A stretch of 64,000 bases of DNA, taken from positions 21,507 to 85,506 of the forward strand of contig CASFJL010000002.1 of NCBI GenBank assembly GCA_949295005.1, written 5' to 3'. Shown piece by piece: positions 58,244 to 64,000 of the stretch. A program made the position numbers and the translations under genes. Origin of the DNA: an uncultured Pseudomonadota bacterium. GTDB lineage: Bacteria; Pseudomonadota; Alphaproteobacteria; RF32; CAG-239. Each line of letters begins with the position of its first letter. Positions within the stretch are counted from its first letter, which is position 1. Below the pieces are notes generated by a model, which saw only the letters and a program-made list of their open reading frames with translations, did no database searches and was not told the DNA's origin.

Positions 58244-60355
58244 TTAGTGTGAATGATTTTGTTGTTTTAATTTGTTGATATGGTTTAAGAACTGTTTTTG
58301 ATTAACCCTCGAATGCGTTTGTTTTTTTGTCATAATTACAAAAGAATATGGTTTGAGCGCATATTCTGTACCGGCTGCAAATTCTTTAACTTCTGTTTTG
58401 AAATCTCCTTCTGAGGTATCTAGCAACAATTGCCATTTTCCTCCCGAGGGTGGGGTGGGGAGTTTGTAATTAACAGTGTAATAGTTATCACCGGAAATCA
58501 TGATTAAAAAATCATCGTCTGTTGGGCGGTTGGGGGTTTTTGCACCATTTAACATATAGGCTCCGGTTTTATGATTAGGTTGTTGCCATTCTGCTGTGGT
58601 CATTTCACTGGCATCAGGGCGTAACCAAGTTATATCTTTGATGCCGTTTTCAGGATTTTCTTTGCCGTTGTATAGTGTTAAATCCGTAAAAATCGGGTGC
58701 TTTTGGCGTAAAGCGTTTAATTTGCAGATTTGCTTAAAGAGCCTTTTTTGCCTGCTACTTAATTCTTTCCAATTTATCCAAACGGTTTGATCATCTATAC
58801 AATAGGGATTGTTGTTGGGGCTGGCGTAGCTTCTTTCATCTCCGTTACGCAATAACGGAATGCCTTTGCTTAAAATATTTAACGCGGCTGCGCTGGCGGC
58901 GCGGCGGTATAACTCTTCTTCATCAGATGATTTTGCGTAAGTATCTGCACTTCCGTCTCTGCCGTCTTCTCCGTTATCTCTTGTATCTTTATGATGTTTA
59001 AATGCGCCAACCAAGCTAAATCCGTCATGAGTAAAAGCAGTGCCCACAACGGCACTTTCTTTCTGGTTGCCCGATATAATGGCAGAACCTGAGGTTTGGT
59101 TGCCAAATTCTGCAGAGGTATTTTCTCTTGCGCTAAAAAAGTCTGCCGTAAAATCTCTTCTCTTGTCGCTCCATTCTTTGACGCAGGGAACAATTTGGCT
59201 GAATTTTCCGGTATAATTTCCTCCAAGAGCACTCCAAGGTTCTACATAATTTTCTAATTTTAAATCTTCTGCGGCATATTTTAATTCTTTTATGAAACCG
59301 CCATTTTCTTGAAAGTGCCAATATTCATTTAATGCGTTATCTCCGGCCAAATCCCAACGAATGCCATCAAGTCCAAGCCTATGCATAAATTGAATATAAT
59401 GGTGGAGCATACGTTGACCCAATTTTGAATCTAAGTTAAGATTGTTTCCGCATCCGGTAGAGTTCATATATTCTGCTTTGTTATCTCCATTAGGACGATA
59501 ATAGCTTGGACTATCTAGAAGTTTGAAACAAAGAGATTTGTTGGACGGTCCCAATGCATCATGTTCTCCGGTATGATTAAATACAGCATCAATGGTGAGT
59601 TTGATATTGTTTTGATGTAATTTGTTGATGACCTCTGCCAAATCTTGTAAATTGCCGTATCTGGGGTCTATGGCAAAATAACAATAAGGATTGTAACCCC
59701 AGTTATCAAAACGGCCTTCTTTTTCCGGAATTTGTTTGCCGGGGCAGGTGGGGTTAATTGGCATAAGTTCTATATTATTAACGCCTATTTTTTGAAAATA
59801 TTCAATTGTCCAATCATTGCTCAAGGCTTTTAGCGTGCCTCTTTGAGCCTCTGGAATATGGTCATTTAAAATTGAAAAATTTTTAATATGCGTTTCATAA
59901 ATTATATTTTCACCAATTGAAAAGTTGGGTTTTTGATTTAAGTATGGATATTGGTTATTATCTAAAATTTTTGCCAGATTAACAACTTTTGATTTTGGCA
60001 TAAGCCATGCGCTGTCTTGATTGTTTTCTATGCTTAATGCATCTGACTGCCAGTGGTTAAAGCTTTTTGAAACTTCAAGACTATAGGGGTCAACGGCTAA
60101 CTTATTGGGGTTGAAAAACAAACCTGAAGCAGGATCATATTCTCCATAGGCTCTGTATCCATATTTTTGCCCTTCCGGAATGTTTTTAATTTCAGTTATC
60201 CATAAATCGCCTTCTTTTTCAAGCGGGATGCTTTTTTCTTCTTTTTCATCTTCAGAAAAAAGGCACAATTCAATGGATTTTGCATTTTGAGATGCAACAG
60301 TAAATACGGTGCTTTGCGGGGTGTATTTTGCCCCTAAAAAAGGTTCTTTTGGCAT
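58244..60355 (-). CDS. glgX: Glycogen debranching enzyme GlgX (GH13 isoamylase type with N-terminal CBM48)
   Basis: GH13 regions DAVFNHTGEH, GIRWDLAG, VEPWS, FTHDGFSL. 703 aa. Confidence 0.88.
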   Translation of the reverse strand: MPKEPFLGAKYTPQSTVFTVASQNAKSIELCLFSEDEKEEKSIPLEKEGDLWITEIKNIPEGQKYGYRAYGEYDPASGLFFNPNKLAVDPYSLEVSKSFNHWQSDALSIENNQDSAWLMPKSKVVNLAKILDNNQYPYLNQKPNFSIGENIIYETHIKNFSILNDHIPEAQRGTLKALSNDWTIEYFQKIGVNNIELMPINPTCPGKQIPEKEGRFDNWGYNPYCYFAIDPRYGNLQDLAEVINKLHQNNIKLTIDAVFNHTGEHDALGPSNKSLCFKLLDSPSYYRPNGDNKAEYMNSTGCGNNLNLDSKLGQRMLHHYIQFMHRLGLDGIRWDLAGDNALNEYWHFQENGGFIKELKYAAEDLKLENYVEPWSALGGNYTGKFSQIVPCVKEWSDKRRDFTADFFSARENTSAEFGNQTSGSAIISGNQKESAVVGTAFTHDGFSLVGAFKHHKDTRDNGEDGRDGSADTYAKSSDEEELYRRAASAAALNILSKGIPLLRNGDERSYASPNNNPYCIDDQTVWINWKELSSRQKRLFKQICKLNALRQKHPIFTDLTLYNGKENPENGIKDITWLRPDASEMTTAEWQQPNHKTGAYMLNGAKTPNRPTDDDFLIMISGDNYYTVNYKLPTPPSGGKWQLLLDTSEGDFKTEVKEFAAGTEYALKPYSFVIMTKKQTHSRVNQKQFLNHINKLKQQNHSH

Positions 60356-60450
60356 TGAACTCTCTCAAAACTATATCAATAATCCAATTATGCCAAATTT
60401 TATTAAATTTGGCAATGCTTTTTATTTGGTATTTGATAGGTATTTTCTTT

Positions 60451-61140
60451 TTAACGTGGAGGCAGTGTATTCTCTTTGAGCCATTCTTTGAGCTCTTTAA
60501 CGTCTTTTACTTCCGGAATCCAAGAAAGCTCTTCGGGTAAATCTGTTGTAAATTCGCAACGCATACGGATCGGGTGTGCTCCAACATTAATAGCAGCGTG
60601 TTGATTATATATTCTGTCATCAACCAAAATTGTTTCTTCTGCTTTTAATCCATATTTTTCAAAGCAGCTTTTAAGCATGTCTTCTTTGGCAGTATCATGC
60701 ATAAACTTGCCATGTTGAACACATTCAATGGTAAGAAAATCGGTAACATCTTTGAGTAATGTGTTTAAAAACTTTTTTTTGGTTTCAACATCAAAAGTGG
60801 CAGACATGGTAAATTGTCTGTAACCTAAATCGTGCAATTCTTTTAGCGTTTCAATCACGTTGGGATATAATGGGCGGTTGCAAAAAAATTCGGGAGAATG
60901 ACAAAAATCATAATCCATTTGTTCTCCCAAAGTTGGGTGTGTTTTCAACTCTAATGCGCCATATTTAGGAACAATAGGGAGAGCTTTGGGTAAATCTTGC
61001 CATTGCAGATTTTTATAAGTGTCTTTATAGTTGGGGTGATTGGTTAAAAAATTGTAGTATGCGTAGTTTAAGTTTGCTAAAACACCGTCTACATCCCAAA
61101 AGATGTTCTTTATGGTAATTTTATCCATTTTATTCTCCAT
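60451..61140 (-). CDS. HAD-superfamily hydrolase
   Basis: DxDx motif IFWDVDGVLANL and distal ILVDDR. Confidence 0.65.
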   Translation of the reverse strand: MENKMDKITIKNIFWDVDGVLANLNYAYYNFLTNHPNYKDTYKNLQWQDLPKALPIVPKYGALELKTHPTLGEQMDYDFCHSPEFFCNRPLYPNVIETLKELHDLGYRQFTMSATFDVETKKKFLNTLLKDVTDFLTIECVQHGKFMHDTAKEDMLKSCFEKYGLKAEETILVDDRIYNQHAAINVGAHPIRMRCEFTTDLPEELSWIPEVKDVKELKEWLKENTLPPR

Positions 61141-61211
61141 ATTATTTTCTTTTAACCTAAGCTATCATATATATTTTTTTATTACAATCTTAATATATAA
61201 AAATTATATAT

Positions 61212-61559
61212 TTATTTTTCATTAGATAATTTTTGTTTATATAAGGAAAGAGCTAAATTATTTGATATTGCCGGTGCGGAGATAACTTTGGCTGTTCCGG
61301 TGGCGGCAAGTCTGCAATTTTTGAATCTTTGAAGATTTTCATTTATATTGTCATTAAAATTTGGCGTGCGGGATTGCGCTTTTAAAAAACTTTCTAATAA
61401 TTTTTTTGCCGCAGCACCGCAAGCGGCACCAATGACCGGATTTCCAAAAGATGCTCCAATTGCAGCTCCGGCAATTTCTGGTACATAATCTTTTAAATTA
61501 TTGGTTATTTTATAAATATGATGTCTGAGTTTGTTTAATCTTATTTCCGTTTTATTCAT
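61212..61559 (-). CDS. Hypothetical small protein with a glycine-zipper-like segment
   Basis: EIAGAAIGASFGNPVIGAACGAAAKK. 115 aa. No other features. Confidence 0.45.
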   Translation of the reverse strand: MNKTEIRLNKLRHHIYKITNNLKDYVPEIAGAAIGASFGNPVIGAACGAAAKKLLESFLKAQSRTPNFNDNINENLQRFKNCRLAATGTAKVISAPAISNNLALSLYKQKLSNEK

Positions 61560-61733
61560 TGTCGTTACTCCGCATCAATCAACTATATTTTATATATATC
61601 ATTTTTTGACAAAAAACACAATCTTTTTGTTTAATGTATGGCCGATATGATTTTGTAAATGTTTTTTCTCATTTGGCTTACGGTTTTTTTACAAATATCG
61701 GATATTAATATTTTTATTATAGGAGAGATTTAT

Positions 61734-62066
61734 ATGAAATATTTATTTGCTTGTATTTTGTTTTTTCTTGGCGCTTGTCAAAATAATTATCATATTTATC
61801 AATATGATAACGGTGATGATTATGTGCAAGACGGAATGGTTCGTATTATTGAGCCGTCAACACAAAAAATGGGTTATGCTACACCTGACGGCAAAGTGGT
61901 GATAAAACCTGAGTTTGCATTTGGTTATCCTTTTAAAAATGGTGTTGCAAAAGTGACTTATGAGGGGCATCAAGCCGAAGTTTCGGCTTCTGACAATGAA
62001 TATCATTATTGGAAGAGTGAACATTGGTTTTATATTGATAAAAAAGGAAATCAGGTGAAAAAATAA
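61734..62066 (+). CDS. Lipoprotein, WG-repeat-like
   Basis: AGGAGAG RBS. MKYLFACILFFLGAC lipobox. DGMVRIIEPSTQKMGYATPDGKVVIKPEFAFGYPFKNGVAKV resembles the KWG/WG beta repeat. Confidence 0.55.
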   Translation: MKYLFACILFFLGACQNNYHIYQYDNGDDYVQDGMVRIIEPSTQKMGYATPDGKVVIKPEFAFGYPFKNGVAKVTYEGHQAEVSASDNEYHYWKSEHWFYIDKKGNQVKK

Positions 62067-62071
62067 GCAAA

Positions 62072-62106
62072 AAAATGCCCTATTATTTTCTATAATAGGG
62101 TATTTT
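62072..62106. terminator. Rho-independent terminator between convergent genes
   Basis: 9-bp stem ccctattat/ataataggg, 5-nt loop, T-rich tail. Confidence 0.55.
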
Positions 62107-62114
62107 CATAGATA

Positions 62115-63347
62115 TTATTTCTCTTGAGAGAACATATTTTTCAGAGCAGCTAAGCTATCTAATCCGTTAAAGGTTTTTTCTTCTTTTTTATTTTTGTTTG
62201 CTTGTTTCTTGGCAGCTTTTAGCAGTTCTTTCTCATTTGTTTCTTTTTGTTTTTCTTCTTTGTTCTCAGCATTTTCATATCCTGCTATATCGGCAAGAAA
62301 ATCATATCTGTTATCTTCCCATTGCTGTTGTCTTTCATTAAATTGGCAGTGTTGATCCATTTTTGCTACCAAATCCATTACTCTATCTCTAACTTGGTAA
62401 AAGATATTTTGTGTTTCTTGCGGGGCTTCATAAATGTCTCCTTGCGGTGTTGGAATTTCAAGCTTTTTCATAACACCTAACGCTATTTGAGTGTAACCTT
62501 TGTTTTGTTGTTCATATCCGGCTTCATCAAAATAATTAAAACCATAGTCTTCATCATTTACAAAAAACTCAATAAGTTTGTCTGCGGCAATTTCTTCCGT
62601 ATGAGAGAGTTTTTCTTGTAATTTGATTTCTTGTTCTTCTTTATTTTTTATATCTTGAAGATTTTGAATATCTTCCTCTCTGATGTTGAGCCCATGAAGT
62701 TCTGATAATCTTTGTTTCAAAATATCTATTTTTTCATTGGTTGTTATTACAGATTTAATAATATCTGCTTTTTCTTCCAGAGTTTTTTGATAAAGATTTT
62801 CTTTTCTTTCTTCCACAGGGTGGATAATATATTGCGTAAATTCATCTTCGGTAATATCTCCTTTGGCAAAGTCTTTAAATTCATTTAATTTTGATAAATC
62901 TGTGGCAATATCTTTATATCCAGTGTTTTCTAGTGTGTTTTCCGGAATATTTTGAGCAACTTTTAAGCCCATTTTTCTTAAAGCTTCTTTTCTTGCAATG
63001 ATTTTGTTTTCTTTTATTTTATCTGCAATGGCTTTGCTTACCATATTTTGATATTTTTTGGATAAGCCATAATCTGCAAGCAGTGTTTCTATATTGAGAT
63101 TTTCAACGTCATTTGATGTTGAAATAACATTTAACACTTTTTCATAAGTTGCTTGCTCTTCTTGGGGATCTTGATTAGAAAATTCTACTTGCCCATCTTC
63201 AATGGAAGCATATAATCTTTTTTGTTTTAATGTTGTTCTATAGTTGGTTGAAATCTCCTTAATTTTAGTATTTTCAACATGTAAGGTATCTGTAATTTCT
63301 GTGTATTCTAAATCTAATTTGTCTATTTTAGAATTATTAATATCCAA
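62115..63347 (-). CDS. Hypothetical acidic protein; possibly the C-terminal part of a larger interrupted gene
   Basis: ORF starts at a TTG with no RBS and no ATG for about 100 codons. It is in the same frame as the upstream ORF, separated from it by one TAA. Confidence 0.45.
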   Translation of the reverse strand: MDINNSKIDKLDLEYTEITDTLHVENTKIKEISTNYRTTLKQKRLYASIEDGQVEFSNQDPQEEQATYEKVLNVISTSNDVENLNIETLLADYGLSKKYQNMVSKAIADKIKENKIIARKEALRKMGLKVAQNIPENTLENTGYKDIATDLSKLNEFKDFAKGDITEDEFTQYIIHPVEERKENLYQKTLEEKADIIKSVITTNEKIDILKQRLSELHGLNIREEDIQNLQDIKNKEEQEIKLQEKLSHTEEIAADKLIEFFVNDEDYGFNYFDEAGYEQQNKGYTQIALGVMKKLEIPTPQGDIYEAPQETQNIFYQVRDRVMDLVAKMDQHCQFNERQQQWEDNRYDFLADIAGYENAENKEEKQKETNEKELLKAAKKQANKNKKEEKTFNGLDSLAALKNMFSQEK

Positions 63348-63380
63348 TCTTTCAATAGTTGAAGAGGATAAATCAACTTT

Positions 63381-64000
63381 TTATTCGGCATTGACATTGT
63401 TATATTCAAAATTGTTTACAGACATATAATCGCCATCAAATTCTAGGACATTTATATCTGAGATTGATATTTTATCTGCATGAACAAAACGCGTGTTAAT
63501 ATCAATAGCTTTATTTTCTTTATTTGAAGATATCTTAAGCTCTTTTACACGGTTTTCATAAAAGTTAATTCTATAACTATTTTCGTTGTTTATAAAAATA
63601 TTAACAGATAAATTAGGATTATTAATTCTAAAATGAGTATGTTCTTGCGGCGTAATTTGCAGCTCTGCTTTGTTATCTTGTATTAAATCAAATTTTTGGA
63701 GCGTATTTTCATCAATAGTAGTGGAGCTATTGTAGCGTTGCTTCTCAAATTTTTGCTGTATAACGGCTAATTCTTGAGGAACAGGTTGAGACAATGTTTT
63801 TAACGTGATTGCGTCATTTACTTTGTCATTAATAGCCTCTTGCAGATAAATTTCCGGAATTTTATTTTTTTGAACAAATTCATTATATTCTTCTAAGGAT
63901 TTATTTGTAGCAATATTTAATGCTTGTTCTACTTGGCTCTGAAAACTCTCTTCTACAAAAGATTTTAATTCTCCATTATAAATATAAGTAGAGTCCAGAA
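63381..64000 (-). CDS. Hypothetical protein, 5' end outside window
   Basis: I translated 63795..64000 on the minus strand in this frame and found no stop, so the gene runs off the window. The ORF-track start at 63794 is a TTG and probably internal. Confidence 0.5.
   Translation of the reverse strand, partial: LDSTYIYNGELKSFVEESFQSQVEQALNIATNKSLEEYNEFVQKNKIPEIYLQEAINDKVNDAITLKTLSQPVPQELAVIQQKFEKQRYNSSTTIDENTLQKFDLIQDNKAELQITPQEHTHFRINNPNLSVNIFINNENSYRINFYENRVKELKISSNKENKAIDINTRFVHADKISISDINVLEFDGDYMSVNNFEYNNVNAE

Noticed and set aside
1-64000. Mobile elements, tRNA/rRNA genes, riboswitches
   Set aside because: I scanned ORF translations for transposase, integrase and recombinase motifs, and the intergenic regions for GC-rich cloverleaf-like segments. 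I found none. The absence is by eye only and should be confirmed with tRNAscan or Infernal.

Overview
This is a 64-kb chromosomal window from a low-GC Gram-negative bacterium. All calls come from reading the supplied ORF translations and the DNA by eye; no database search was run.

Lineage. The gene content points to an alphaproteobacterium: a ChpT-type histidine phosphotransferase, TrmFO, an FtsZ with a long acidic linker, opgG-x-opgH, and hpnCDE. It also carries a fermentative gene set (PPDK, AdhE, Ack-Pta). This assignment is an inference.

Gene content. Most of the window is core genome:
- ppdK (5' end outside the window)
- opgG/opgH, a NUDIX hydrolase, adhE, slyX
- ygiW plus an OmpR/QseC-like two-component pair
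- an Mla/MCE-type ABC system, a MATE pump, and a tetR-acrA-acrB-like RND operon
- ackA-pta, ndk, an AI-2E transporter
- a trimmed dcw cluster, mraY-ftsW-murG-murB-ftsQ-ftsA-ftsZ
- trmFO-hpnC-hpnD-hpnE
- a chpT-cheY-cheR operon, a glutathionylspermidine-synthase-like gene, glgX and two HAD phosphatases

I saw no rRNA, tRNA, CRISPR array, transposase or integrase.

Main finding. The most unusual element is a roughly 1472-aa secreted protein (44397..48815, minus strand). It is built almost entirely of about 17 copies of an 8-cysteine module of about 56-59 aa, with about 168 Cys in total by hand count. It lies between ftsZ and the squalene-synthesis operon, and I cannot place it in any characterised bacterial family.

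Other items worth a second look:
- a tandem array of 143-bp units directly after ppdK, each carrying a terminator-type hairpin
- a GH24 lysozyme-like domain at the end of a 526-aa protein with no signal peptide
- a tight operon of secreted protein, ChpT, CheY and CheR with no kinase or MCP nearby
- a dcw cluster lacking every Mur ligase gene and ddl
- two ORFs at the right edge separated by a single in-frame TAA
- a duplicated peptide repeat whose two DNA copies differ only synonymously
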